64,000 nt of DNA from Octopus vulgaris (lineage: Eukaryota). The number at the start of each line of letters is the position of its first letter. The stretch's first letter is position 1. The translations under genes and the position numbers were made by a program. Shown here in pieces: positions 20,584-35,346 of this stretch. The notes beneath the pieces were generated by a model. The model worked only from the letters and a program-made list of their open reading frames with translations, had not been told where the DNA came from and did no database searches. Location of the stretch: contig OX597816.1 in NCBI GenBank assembly GCA_951406725.2, forward strand, positions 72,850,001 to 72,914,000, read 5' to 3'.

Positions 20584-22249
20584 TATATGCGGAACAAATA
20601 ATTCACGGCAAAATAATGTGCGAACATATCATTGACTCTATTATTATCTAGTGTAACAATTTAAGAATGGCGATAACAGAATCAATAACACCCCCCCAAA
20701 AAACATTAAATAACTGAAGGATTAGAATTAATCAAAGGACATACTAAATATATCTATCGGTTGGAAATAACAGAGTTTCGACTGTTATTTCTTGCAGGTA
20801 GACATACCTAGTATATCCTTTGATTAATTATATATATATATATATACATTAACATATATATATATGTTTCTATGTATGTATAATAATTTAACAGTACCAA
20901 AATAAATCGGTACTATATTTTAAATATTATAAATATTTTATACCCATGTGTCTGGATAGTGCATGTTATATCGTACCAATTCGAACTATAACATTTCTCT
21001 TACAGAATCTTTACTAAGAAATAAAGATGTCTTCAGTTGATTTGGAGATTCCAATCTTAGTGTTTAAAATTAGTCAACTTGATTCGCTTCTTTCTCAACA
21101 GAAAGTCAATGTATAAAAGAGTAGCTATCTACATCCTTCTAGTGTGCATACATGTGACCAAAATCTATAGATATATTTTGTAGTACAGTTTACCATTGAA
21201 AGAATCCATTGCTAACAGTCTATTAACAAAAGATTTCAATCGTTCTTTCGCTTCATATTCTATTATTTCGTTTGGAGATTTATAAAAACATAAGTGTTTG
21301 GTTTGTTTTTTTTTCATTTCTTTTCTACGTTTCTGTGCATCTTGATTATGCCTTAATTTCAAATGCAAACTTTTAATCGTATCCAGTATAATGAAGAAAA
21401 AGCGGTGAGTTGGTAGAATCGTTAGCTGGCCGTGGAAAATACTTAACAGCTTTCCGTTCGTCTTTACGTTCTGCGATTCAGTTGCCGCCGAAGTTGACTT
21501 TTTCATCCTTTCGGGTTTGATAAAATATGTAACAGTTGAGCATTGGAGCTGATACAATCACTTATTCCCATCCTTGAAATTACTGGCCTTGAGCCAAATT
21601 TTGAAAGCAATATAATGAAGACATGTTTATCTTCCTTGCGTTATTCGTTTGCAACAGAACTCCACGTCTCTGTATATCATTCCTTACATAATTATTGCGT
21701 CTTGGTTAAAGATTCTCCAATGTAGACGCTTATATTTAAGATGGTAGCTTGTGACTGGATGATGTGAGGCATGTGTTGGTGCTATTGTAGCAGATAGAAC
21801 GGTCACATATAGGCCCTGTCAATGACAGGAAATTACATGAGGGCGTTCAACATGTTCTATGTATCAATAATTGTATAGAGGAGAAATGATAGTAGCTGGC
21901 TGGTTGTGTAGATGGCTTACTGGCTGGCTGGTTGGTTGGCGAGAGGAGGATGACAAGGAAATAAGCATATATTCTCTATTTTCTTTTGATCAGTAGAAGA
22001 GACTGTCATTGATATTCCTTCAGCTCTCCACCTGAATTCAGTTGATAATATATATATATATATGTATGTATATATATAAATATATGTATATGTATATATA
22101 CGCATATATATACAGACATATATGTATACATGCATATATATATACACATACATATATGTACATACGTAGATATGTGTGTGTGTGGAATTTTCAAGAAAAT
22201 TTTAAATAAAACAAAATATAACAGCATCACCACCACCACCACCACCACC

Positions 22250-22281
<32 letters not shown>

Positions 22282-22553
22282 CAACAACAACAAATATAAT
22301 ACAAAAAATATATATAATTGCTGGAAGAACAGCAAGGAAATAAACAACGAAAGAGACTCAAAGAAAAACCCACCTATGTCTAACTGGAACTCGTTAAAAC
22401 TAACTTAACATTCATAAAACTCCATTAGGAAATAAATAATAAATTGAAATAAATACGACATAAACACATAATCACATACAATATACATCATTTCGCACAT
22501 GTCCCTCCCTCGTTTCATATATATATATATGTGTGTGTGTGTGTGTATTATGA

Positions 22554-22611
<58 letters not shown>

Positions 22612-23754
22612 GGAACATTTATCGATAAGATATTATTACAATCCTCAATAAGCTTTAGAGAGTTTATATTAAATTGCTCTGTCAATTGTAAAGTTTTCAT
22701 TGATTTGAAAGAAATGGAACAAGAAAGACGATGAAAACAGAGAGAGAAAGAGAGAGATCGATAGAGAGAGAGATCGATAGAGAGAGAGAGAGAGACGGGA
22801 GGGAGGGGAGAATAGGGAGAAAAGAAAAGTAAGAGAGGTAAAACAAAGCAATGAGAGTTAAGGAGAAAGAAAAATGATGTAAAAATAAACGGAAAAGAAA
22901 GGAAAATGAAAGGAAAATTAGAAAGAAAGGGATGGAGAAAACGAAAGTGAAAGTAGAAAAAGATCTGTCGCAGTTGGTATATTTTGTATTTTATTTATGT
23001 ATTTTTGTACGTGGCATTAGGTGTGTGTGTGTACGTGTGTTTGTGTTGGTAGGAGTGAGTATGTAGGTAGGTGTGTGCATGTGTGTGTGTGTAGTTAAGT
23101 GTGGTATGTGTGTGAGTTTGTAGGTGTGGCCATGTAGCTGCATGTGTGTGTGTGTGTGTATCGTATGGCAATGTGATAACGTGCTCGTGTCTACGTGTGT
23201 GAGTATGTACTTATGTGTGTGTATGTATGGCTGTGTGAATGTGTGTGAACGCAGCTATGTAGGTATGTGCGTGTTTCTATGCGGTCGTGTATGCGTCTAT
23301 GTGTATGTGTTTAGGTTTGGGTATGTGGTTGTGTATATGTATGTGCGTGTATATATGTAGTGGCGTACTATCTATCTGTGCGTGTATGTGTGACATTATG
23401 TGGCTGTATGTATGTATGTGTGTGTTGCTGAGCGACTGTAGATATGACAACGCGACCGTTTGTGAATATGTATTAGTGCGTGTGTATGTGTGTCGCTCTG
23501 TGTATGGTTATCAGACGCTTTGTGTATCAATGGAGCTGCGTATACGCGCAAGTGTATGTACCTGTGTGTGTGTTACTGTATGTTTGTTATTACGTCGCTG
23601 TGTGTGTCTGTGAGTGTGTGGGTGTATGTATTTGTGTGCGTATGTGTGCTACTATATGACTGTGTATGTAGGAATGAGAGTCCGTAAATGTATAGCGTAG
23701 AGTATGATAAATTGTTGTATCTGTAGTTATCTCTGGTTGTGAATTTATCGCTGT

Positions 23755-23880
<126 letters not shown>

Positions 23881-24187
23881 GAGTATGTGCGAATGTGTGC
23901 TTGTAACAGTGCAGCCGTAATTATATGTGTGCGTGCATAAGTATTGTTCTGTATGTTAATGTCCTTGAGTGGCTATGTGTATGGAGGTATACACAGGCTG
24001 CGTGTGTACACGTTCATGACGGTAAGAGTGGGCGTATGGGCGTCATTAAAAGATATAATGGTCGAAAAGACTTATTTAAATAATCGCATGAAATTGATTT
24101 CGGTAAACTACAAGCCAACTGCGTTGAAGACATTAGCTCAATGATTATTATTACTGTTACTGTTTATTATTATTATTGTTGTTGTTG

Positions 24188-24259
<72 letters not shown>

Positions 24260-24330
24260 AAAAACATGTTAGATATGTTATGTTTGAGAAATTGTTCTTA
24301 TTATTATTATTGATGATGATGATGATGAAG

Positions 24331-24445
<115 letters not shown>

Positions 24446-24776
24446 GAAGAAGAAGAAGAAGAAGAAGAAGATGTAGAAGAAGAAAAAGGAGGAGGAGGAG
24501 GATGAGAAGAAAGAGGAGGAGGAGGCGAACTGTGTATAAAATAAAATTTGAAAAGGAGAAACCAAAAAAAAAAAACTATAAAAACCAAGATGGAGCAATA
24601 GAAAATAATTGAGTTGTTTTTGAAACGTTAGGTAACACCCTGTCGCACACATACATACTTGACATATGTGTGTGGGTATGATGGCGCGTGTTTATGTGTT
24701 TATGGGTATCTACTTAATATATTTGTATGTATCTACACACACACACTTGCATATGAATATTATATATATATGTACA

Positions 24777-24832
<56 letters not shown>

Positions 24833-24839
24833 TGTCTGT

Positions 24840-24905
<66 letters not shown>

Positions 24906-25149
24906 ATACATATACATACATATACGTATGCATACACATTGCATACACATTGGCAAAGAGAGTGAAATACGGAGTGCAAAGAAGGAAAATAGTTGACATA
25001 GAATGAAAGATATAGGAGACAATAAGAGTGGTGGTGGTGGGGGCGGGAAATTAAGATGAAAGAGTTATTGAGAGAGTGTCTTAATAAGTGACTGTGAAAG
25101 AACATTTGGGAGTTGCAAAAATTAAAAGAGAGAAAAAGAAGGATTTAGA

Positions 25150-25196
<47 letters not shown>

Positions 25197-25204
<8 letters not shown>

Positions 25205-25494
25205 ATCACGTGATATATATATCAGATGTTGCTACACATTGCTGGTCACAATGCGCTTCGCATTGTTTCTGCCTTCAAATGACACCACCCCACTGGCTAA
25301 GCGAGCAGGCCAACAGAAGAAAGAGTGAGAGAGAGTTGTGGCGAAAGAGTACGGCAGGGATCGCCACCCACCCCCTGTCGGAGCCTCGTGGAGGTGTTTC
25401 GCTCAATAAACACTCACAACGCCCGGTCTGGGAATCGAAACCGCTATCCTACGACCGCGAGTCCACTGCCCTAACCACTGGGCCATTGCGCCTC

Positions 25495-25497
<3 letters not shown>
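25197..25497 (-). mobile_element. tRNA(Arg)-like SINE family C
   Basis: Minus strand: ggaggcgcaatggcccagtggttagggcagtggaCTCGCggtcgtagg...ggtttcgattcccagacc; A and B boxes, TCG anticodon. Confidence 0.85.
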
Positions 25498-25528
<31 letters not shown>

Positions 25529-25529
25529 G

Positions 25530-25565
<36 letters not shown>

Positions 25566-25760
25566 ATGTGTGTATGTATGTATGTATGTATATATATATA
25601 TGTATATGTATGTATATATATATATGTATATGTATGTATTTATGTATGCATGTGTATATGTATCTATGTATATATATATACACATATATATATGTATATA
25701 TATATATATATAATACATATACATATATTACATATCTAATATATGTGTAATATATATATG

Positions 25761-25805
<45 letters not shown>

Positions 25806-26267
25806 GTATGTATATTTACACAGATATGTGTGTGTGCGTATATACACACTCACATACACACATGCACACACACAAAGAAAATATGAACGGTAAAGTTCGG
25901 AATGGAGTGAATCATTGGAAGCTAGAAAATAACATCATACAAGAATGAATGAAAAGAGATGTGTTGTATGTATGTATGTATGTGTGTGTATTTATTTATA
26001 CATACACACAATACCTCATTTCTTATGTCTCTTGCTAATGTCGAAAATGAACTGGAAGTGGAAGATTGACGAACTTACTTTCCATCGTCTATTGAGTTCT
26101 TCCACCCTACATTCGGCATATGTGTGTCAACGGTTCTCCATCTCTTGCCTTTTCTCTCTTTCTCACAGATTTTCTCTCCCTTCCTATCTCTGTCTCTCTT
26201 TGTTATTCTTTATGTCATCCTTCCTGTCTATATTTCTTTCTATCTACTGGTCTGTCTCTTCTCCCTA

Positions 26268-26308
<41 letters not shown>

Positions 26309-27229
26309 CTTGGGAGCGTCTGTGTGTCTGCGATTTAAAGTTGCTACTCGATGATGCTTGGATATTTCATCAAAGTAGTATGAGACAGATGACTGTGATA
26401 TTCAGGAGGGAATTGACTGCCATATGCAGCATATACGGCTATGAAAGTTTCTACATACAAAAGAGAATTACTGGCGTATTTTAGGTTTACCATACAACCG
26501 CATCTTCGACAGAGTTAACAGCCGAAAATATTCCTAGCATTCAACCCAGTCTACCTGATTTAGTAATAATTGTAACAACAATAGTCATATATACAATTTC
26601 ACAGGGGTTATAAAATGTCCGATATTCGATCACTGATGAAGGTTAATAAAGTAGAAACAGCGTCGTTCAGTTGATTCCCCTTTTACTGACGATGGTGAGG
26701 TTGTGTTGTAAGCATGAGACAACTATGTCTGCCGCGTGTCATATATCTAATAAATACAATTCATTTATTGATTGATTTATGCATAGAGTAACAACTCAAA
26801 ACTTGGATGTAACTTATAGTAACTTTTGGTATGAACAATAACCAGTAACGGAACGGTTGAAATTTATATAATTTTTTCCTTTTTTGCCATTCTGTTGTAC
26901 TTTAAAAGTTTTAATTATGGTATTTTCGTGGCTCTATTTCAATCGTCTAAGGCCCCTTCCTAGAGAGCATTTCCCACTTATCTCAAACACTTCCTCACTG
27001 TATATTTTAAACATGCGATTATTTTGTTATACTTAACTTAAAATACCATGTAGTTTTCACTAAGTTCTTTTAGATCGCTTTTTAACGATTTTGTCCCAAA
27101 CAAAACTTGAGGTCACTGAAGTGTAAAGGACTACAAACAAAACAAAAAAAGGGGGGAAAGGTGAACTTTGATGAATAAATATGAGAAAGATATGGTATAT
27201 CATTTCTTTTTTTTTTTGTGCAGAAGTTC

Positions 27230-27530
27230 TTTGAGACATGTAATTTATTTTAAGGGTTACGCGAGGGTAAAAAGGCTGAGAAACCCTGGTCCAACCTAAT
27301 GGTTCTGAACTAGGGTCCATATGACCCTTGCAGGTCCGTATAAGATTTTATTAAAATTTATATGCAATAAACAGCTTATACTTCTGCAATACACAGAATA
27401 TTTTAGTTTTTTAAACCATTCCTAATATTTAGTGATAAAAATATAAGATTTTTAGACATCGAGGGTCTACCCGACTAAAATAGTAATCATAGGGGTCCAT
27501 AAATGAAAAAAATGGTTAACAACCATTGGG
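27230..27530. mobile_element. Degraded hAT-like MITE termini
   Basis: aaaaggctgagaaaccctg and ggggtccat...aaatggttaacaaccattg resemble Charlie-type ends. Confidence 0.35.
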
Positions 27531-28725
27531 CTAAAACAATGGTAATCAGTTCAGGAGATCAACAGTTCGAGAAAGAAAGCTATTAGAATAAAAGAACTTA
27601 ACAGGAAACCCAAAAGAGAAATGCACCTGAGAAAGAAAACGAGTGACACATTTGAAGGTTTTGATAGGGAGTACTAGACAAGAGATTAAAAGATCCATTG
27701 TATTTTTTGCTTTGTCTTTTTTAAATGCCTGTAATGTTATTTTAAATTTTTTACTGTGAGTGTGCAGGAAAATTTGCATAGAATTTGCATATAATGCAAA
27801 TTTTTGCCTTTGTTTACAAAGAATATGTGCCGTTATGCAGATAACCATCGCTCAAATTCCTTCAGTTAAAACAAAAATCTGATTTCTTCTTGAAAATCTT
27901 TTTTACGCACAATTTTTCTTCTTTTTCTTTCTTAAATATGTGTGCACGCACATGCGTACAGCTTGGAGGAAACATTAATCCGAAATCTAATCCACTGGGC
28001 GACTATTTTTAAAGCTAAAAACATCGATTTAATCTAGTTTAAGCCCCGTCCATATTAGACTTTGTCTCCAGAAGCCCGAAACCAACGTGGAGATGAATAT
28101 TTGACTGAGGTATCAATGACATTGATTCAATTTTGACCTGACAGACGTAAGTAAAAATAAATCTAAGCTACAATATTTCTTTCTACTATAGGCACAAGAC
28201 CTGAAATTTTTAAGGAGAGGACTAGTTGATTATACCGAACCCCAGTGCGCAACTGGTACTTATTTTATAGATCAAAAAAGGATCTAAAACGCTGAGTAAA
28301 CCTTGAATGAGAATGTAAAGAGGGAAGAAATGCCGCTCGCATTTTTGTTCGACACACTAACGATTCTACCAGTACAACGTCTGAAGAGGAGCAATAGCAA
28401 TCCTTTAGACACAAGGCTGAAATTTTGGGAGAAGGTGGGCTGGTCTAACTAACATCGTCCTTAGTACTCAATTGGTACTTTTTCATCGACCTCCGAAGGA
28501 ATGAAATGCAAAGTCGACTTCGGCGGAATAAAGGAAATAATAATAATAAGATAATGGAATGCTCTGATTTCATATCGTTTTCGGAAACATTATTGAGTAG
28601 GGCTAAATGAATTGAAATCTCTAAATCACTTCCTACCAACACCCGAAACCAGGTCGAAGTCAAAGCTTTCCAAAGCCCTATCTTTTATTTCCTCTACTTA
28701 TCTCTCCGTTAAATGTTTAATAAGA

Positions 28726-28879
28726 GAGCAGACATTATTTACATTTGACAGATATTTGTCCTTATCTTGTTTGTTGTTAACTCAACGTTTCGGCTGATAT
28801 ACCCTCCATCCTTTATCAGGTGTCTTGCGGAAATTTCGAATCTGGATTCTCATTCCTAAGGTATTTTTCGATGTTGTTG

Positions 28880-28928
<49 letters not shown>

Positions 28929-28981
28929 CATTATTATTATCATTATTATTACCATTATTATTATTATTGTTATTATTGTTA

Positions 28982-29069
<88 letters not shown>

Positions 29070-29095
29070 CATTATTATCATTATTATTATTATTA

Positions 29096-29150
<55 letters not shown>

Positions 29151-29161
29151 CATTATTATCA

Positions 29162-29230
<69 letters not shown>

Positions 29231-29361
29231 TCACTGCTTAGAATCGAACTCGGAATATTGGGGTTAGTAGCCCGCGATCCTAACCACAACACCATATGCC
29301 CAAGAGCGCGGGCTACTAACCCCAAGATTCCGAGTTCAATTCCAAGCATTGACCTGAATAG

Positions 29362-29392
<31 letters not shown>

Positions 29393-29420
29393 AATAATAA
29401 TAATGATAATAATAATAATG

Positions 29421-29492
<72 letters not shown>

Positions 29493-29498
29493 ATGATT

Positions 29499-29530
<32 letters not shown>

Positions 29531-29748
29531 AATAATAACGGCAACAGCAACAACAGCATCGAAAAATACTTTAGGAATGAGAACCCAGATTCGAAATTTC
29601 CCCCCAAGACACCTGATAAAGGCTGGAGGGTATATCAGCCGAAACGTTGAGTTAACAACAAACAAGATGAGGACAAATATCCGTCAAATGTAAATAATGT
29701 ATATAATTCCTCATCTCTTATATATAGCACTGTACGAGCAGACATTAT
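28726..29748. mobile_element. Foldback retroelement: tRNA-derived head + (AAT)n + hammerhead-bearing PLE-like tail in inverted duplicate, 13-bp TSD
   Basis: Inverted arms 28732-29301 and 29302-29700; direct repeat GAGCAGACATTAT at 28726-28738 and 29736-29748. Confidence 0.85.
29608..29653 (+). ncRNA. Minimal hammerhead motif with G8A change; mirror copy at ~28779-28824 (-)
   Basis: gacac-CTGATAA-A-GGCTG-gagggtatat-CAGCC-GAAA-CGTT-gagtt; palindromic AACGTT stem III. Confidence 0.6.
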
Positions 29749-29804
29749 CGGTATAACCTTTTCAGGATTAGCTTAACAATTCTTCGCAGTTTATCTCGCT
29801 TCTC

Positions 29805-29894
<90 letters not shown>

Positions 29895-29915
29895 GTCTGT
29901 CTATCTGTCTATCTG

Positions 29916-29963
<48 letters not shown>

Positions 29964-30186
29964 ACTATCTATCTAACTTTTTTATTTTTTATTTTGCTTA
30001 ATTCATTCATTGGACTGCGTCCATACTAACTAGACCACCGCCACAAAGGGTTTTAGTCGAAAAATGCGATACCAGTACTTATTTTCCTTTTTAAAGCCTG
30101 CTATTTTTTCTATCGGTCTCTTCAGCTGAACTGCTAAATTACATGAGCGTAAACAAACCAGCATCGGTTCCCAAGCGGGAAACAGC

Positions 30187-30221
<35 letters not shown>

Positions 30222-30312
30222 CGGCTCTGACCCCCCTTTCTTTCTCTCTGTTTCTTTTTCTCTCCCTCTCTATCTGTCTGTCTGCCTGTCTTCCTCTCTA
30301 TCACTACTGACA

Positions 30313-30369
<57 letters not shown>

Positions 30370-30752
30370 TTACTTGAAGTTTTTTTTTATATAATTTTTT
30401 TATAGAAAATCACGGAAAACATGAACTTAAGAATCCCTGAATTTTGTCCCTGACCCTGCTCACGCACACGCTGTCTTCCTTTCTCCGCCTGTCTGTCTGT
30501 CTGTCTGTCTGTGACTCTGTCTCTCTCTCTCTCTCTCTCCCTCTCTCTGTCTTCCTCTTTCTGACTCTAATTTGTCACTCTTCCGCTCCTGGCCCTATGT
30601 CTTCCTCAGGCTTTTCAGCAGTTGACATCATGTAATTTTACGCCATGAAGCGCGCGCGCGCGCGCAGACACAAACACACACAGGCACACACAAACACACA
30701 CACATACACTCATGCACATACACTCATACACACGCACACTTACACACAGACG

Positions 30753-30809
<57 letters not shown>

Positions 30810-30929
30810 CTGCTTTTTATTCGCGAAAATTCTGCCCAAGCCGACCGACCGTAGTACATGTGTTGCTGCGTGAGTGACAATCACGGTTTCCAAAAAAGAA
30901 ATAACAACGGCTGCAGCATCATCATCATC

Positions 30930-30965
<36 letters not shown>

Positions 30966-31041
30966 AATAATAATAATAATAATAACAGCAACAACAACAA
31001 CAACAAAAACGATGATTATTATAAGGATAATGATGATGATG

Positions 31042-31141
<100 letters not shown>

Positions 31142-31716
31142 CGGACAAAAAAGGGCAAAATGTGTGGGAGAGGGATCGTCTTCTCTCGTGGCTGATGTCA
31201 AAACGTTCAATATATTTTTAGTTTTAGTGAATAGCGGAGGAAGCGTGTGTTTGTGTGCGTGTGAGTGTGTGTGTGTGTGGGGGGATGTTTGGTTATTATA
31301 GCAGCGTGTTAGTTGGGTGCGCCGTTCTGTTAATGGTTTGGCCACGGTAATAAGCGAGGAGCCTCACTGGACCGTGGCGACACGTTCATTTCCGAAGAGG
31401 AAGTTCCAAAATAATAACCTCTACTGACCCTGATGAACGACTTGGAGAGGAGTGATGGTTATGTATGGATGGATGGACGGGTGGATGGTAGAATTTGTGG
31501 ACGGATGGATGGATGGTCGCGTGATTTGACAATCGGGCAGTAAAAAGTACCAAAGACATATAATTCGAATTTATATGTTCGAGGCCGATAACTTAGTCGA
31601 CACTCCTCAGAAATTCTTGTTTTTCTGGACGCACAAAAAGCGAGAAACTCGGAGTTGCGATTGAATGAGTAATAAGTTTTAGACTAATCTGAGCCTCTCT
31701 GCTTCCGTCCACGCCA

Positions 31717-31755
<39 letters not shown>

Positions 31756-31761
31756 GTCTTC

Positions 31762-31840
<79 letters not shown>

Positions 31841-31895
31841 CTTGTAGAAGTATATATATATATATATATATATACATACATACATAGATAGATAA

Positions 31896-31970
<75 letters not shown>

Positions 31971-31971
31971 T

Positions 31972-32356
31972 GTGGAGGCTCAATGGCTCAGTGGTTAGGG
32001 CAGTGGACTCGTGCTCATAGGTTCGCGGTTTCGATTCCCAGACCGGGCGTTGAGAGTGTTTATTGAGAGAAAACTCCTAAAACTACACGTTGCTCCGACA
32101 GAGTGTGGTGTCGAAGCCTGCTGTACTCTTTCGCCACAACTTTCTCTCACTCACTCATCCTGTTTCTGTTGTACCTGTAATTCAAAGGGCCAGCTTTGTC
32201 ACACACTGTGTTATACTGAATCTCCCCGAGAACTACGTTAAGGGTACACATGTCTGTGCAGTGCTCAGCCACTTGCACGTTAATTTTTCATGAGCAGGCT
32301 GTTCCGTTGATCAGGTCAACTGGAACCTTCGTCGTCGTAACCGACAGTGCCTCGAT

Positions 32357-32357
<1 letters not shown>
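31972..32357 (+). mobile_element. tRNA-derived SINE family C
   Basis: gtggaggctcaatggctcagtggttagggcagtggactcg...ggtttcgattcccagacc. Confidence 0.85.
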
Positions 32358-32387
<30 letters not shown>

Positions 32388-32874
32388 GTCAGACAGACAG
32401 ACGGATAGATCGATAGACAGACAGAGAGACAGACACATACATACATATATACACTCATACATACGTACATACATACATACATACATACATACATACATAC
32501 ATACATACATACATACATACATACATACATACATACATACATACGTACATACATACATACATACATACATAGACAGGCAGAATGTGAATGACAAGGAATT
32601 CGAGATTAGTCACTCAAAACTTGTTTAGTGAATATTATAATTATTCTGTATTTGTATCGAATAAATTCTTGAAATCATAAACAAAATTCCCTCCCTTTAA
32701 TATCTGAGCACAAATCGTACCCAGATGGACATAACCATTCATAGTTCGAAGTTTACAATACATACAAGTACAAACTACTGGACAAATTCATATAACTAAC
32801 TATTCCATTAAACACTGGACTTTGGTATGACCTGCAGTCCAATCCACTGGACAAGAAAACGAAAGAAAGCGGGT

Positions 32875-33088
32875 ATACGAAGGATGCTGTAACGTTCCTT
32901 TAAAAGGAAACGAAGGTGGATCCGGTAGTTATGATTTTATTCAACATATACCCCTCTCAGATTCACATACTTATTGAAGTGGTCCTTCAGTTTTTCCAAA
33001 CCCTGTAAAAGAACTCGGAAGGTTGGGCCTCCAGCCAGGCCTTTCGAGAAACCTTAAAGACACGAACTTTGTAGCACAACTTCGTGTG
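32875..33088. mobile_element. Degraded mariner-derived MITE
   Basis: Imperfect TIRs tacgaaggatgctgtaacgttc / gaactttgtagcacaacttcgtg. Confidence 0.45.
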
Positions 33089-33126
33089 TATATACTTTTA
33101 CTCGTCTCAGCCACGCGGCTTTGGTC

Positions 33127-33195
<69 letters not shown>

Positions 33196-33289
33196 TGTGT
33201 GCGTATGTATGTGTGTATGTATGTATGTATGTATGAATGTATGTATGTATGTATGTGTGTGTATGCGTCTGTATTTGTGTACATATGTG

Positions 33290-33337
<48 letters not shown>

Positions 33338-33394
33338 TATCTCTCTCCCTCTCTCTCTCCCCCCTCTCTATCTATCTATCTATCTATCTATTTA

Positions 33395-34629
33395 CAGGGA
33401 CACTTCATAAATAATGCGGTTTTCTTATACTTTTTTTTATTTTTCAAAATTAAGATAACGTTCTTTTTTAAACTAAAATATACTCTCCTTCATTTTCGAC
33501 AGTGCCCCTCTTCCAAAATTCACTTGTCCGCGATGAAAAATACTCCTCCAGTTCCTCCAGTACTGTCCTGATCTCGTCTACAGAATACATATTTTTTTTC
33601 CATTCAAATGATTTTGACGACTGCAGAATAAATGATAATCGGATGGGGCAATGTCCGGCGAATACGCTGGATAGGATATCGTTTCCCATTCAAACTGCTC
33701 CAGCCTTTCGAATGTCATCCTCGCTGTATATGGCCAAGCATCCTGATGGGAGAACACCTTCCGTCTTGAAACCAAAGATGGTCGTTTTCCTTCTAGCCCT
33801 GACGTAAGCCGCTCAGGCTGCTCGCAGTAGATCTCCTCTGTTATCGTTTGGTCTGGGTTCAAAAGTTCAAAGTGGACTAAAACCTTTCATATCTCAACAA
33901 ACAGTTAACAACACCTTACGAGAGTGAAGACGTTCTATAACTTGGGGTGCCGGTGTTTCCCCTTCCCCAATACACTGTTTTCGGCGCTTGACATTTTTAT
34001 AGAGAACCCATTTCTCGTCAGCAGTCACTATTTGGTCCCTAAATGGTTCATTCTTGGGAACTCACATTTACTATCTACGCGTGATTAGACTCGAAAAGAT
34101 TGTGAGGAACCTATTGACCCAATTTGCTGACATTTCTGATGGCACACAGGTCACGATGAATGGTTGAATGACCAAATCCAAGCTTCTCTGCTAGTTCCTC
34201 AACAGTTACGATGGGATTTTGTTCCACCAGGGTTTGCAGCACGTTTTCATCGAGCTATACAGACTCTTCAGGACGAGTCAAATCCTCTAGACTGTAGTTT
34301 CCGGCTCGGAATTTCTGGAACCACCGTTGACACTGGCTTACGCTTATTGTCCGATCCCCGTACACTGCATTAATATTCCTCGCACTTACCGTTATGTTGT
34401 TGCCTTTATTGAACTCATAAAGCAGAATATGCGCCTTTGTCACTTCCATTGTAGCTTTGAAAGAATAACTATTAAAATCAAACTGCACTCTTCAAAACTT
34501 ACGCTAAGAATAATTTCAAGGGGAAATTACTAGCTGTTTTTATAGCAAGTTGATGCAGTTAGTTTATCCCATCTCACCCCGACTTTTAATTCATGCAGTT
34601 AAAAAATTCCATTATTTATGAGATGACTA

Positions 34630-34632
<3 letters not shown>
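33395..34632 (-). mobile_element. Mariner transposon remnant (pseudogenised transposase)
   Basis: Fragments MEVTKAHILLYEFNKG...QRWFQKFRAGNYSLED, VTADEKW, HQDAWPYTAR and YPAYSPDIAPSDYHLF; both ends share TCATAAATAATG in inverted orientation; ~1.24 kb. Confidence 0.9.
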
Positions 34633-34679
<47 letters not shown>

Positions 34680-34734
34680 ATGTGTGTATGTATAAATATA
34701 TATATATACGCATATGCATACATATATATATATA

Positions 34735-34900
34735 GGCGTAGGCGTGGCTGTGTGGTAAGTAGGTTGCTTACCAACTACATGGTTTCAGGTTCAGTCCCAC
34801 TGCGTTGCACCGTGGTCAAGTGTCTTCTACTATAGCCTCACGCTGACCAAATCCTTGTGAGTAGATTTGGTAGACGGAAACTAAAAGAAGCCCATCGTGT

Positions 34901-34932
<32 letters not shown>

Positions 34933-34934
34933 GC

Positions 34935-34990
<56 letters not shown>

Positions 34991-35197
34991 TTGTGTCTGT
35001 CTGTGTTTTTGTCCCTTCTCCAACATCGCATGACAGCCGATGGTGGTGTGTTTACGTCCCCGTAAATTAGCAGTTCGGCAAAAAGAGACCGATAGAATAA
35101 GTACTAGGCTTACAAAGAATAAATCTTAGGGCCGATTTGCTCGACTAAAGGCGATGCTCCATCATGGCCGCAGTGAAATGACTGAAACAAATAAAAG
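34735..35197 (+). mobile_element. SINE family B, full length
   Basis: ggcgtaggcgtggctgtgtggtaagt...caggttcagtccc...microsatellite...atggccgcagtgaaatgactgaaac. Confidence 0.9.
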
Positions 35198-35223
35198 CAT
35201 AAAATAGTTTATATATATATATG

Positions 35224-35346
<123 letters not shown>

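Noticed and set aside
25405-25497. Functional tRNA genes (also 29225-29301, 31972, 46780, 59520)
   Set aside because: No clear acceptor stems, and they continue into SINE bodies, so they are SINE heads.
28782-29693. Poly-Asn/Leu/Ile ORFs on both strands
   Set aside because: Trinucleotide tracts inside the foldback element.
31430-31450. CTGATGA word as a hammerhead core
   Set aside because: No stem II or GAAA follows.
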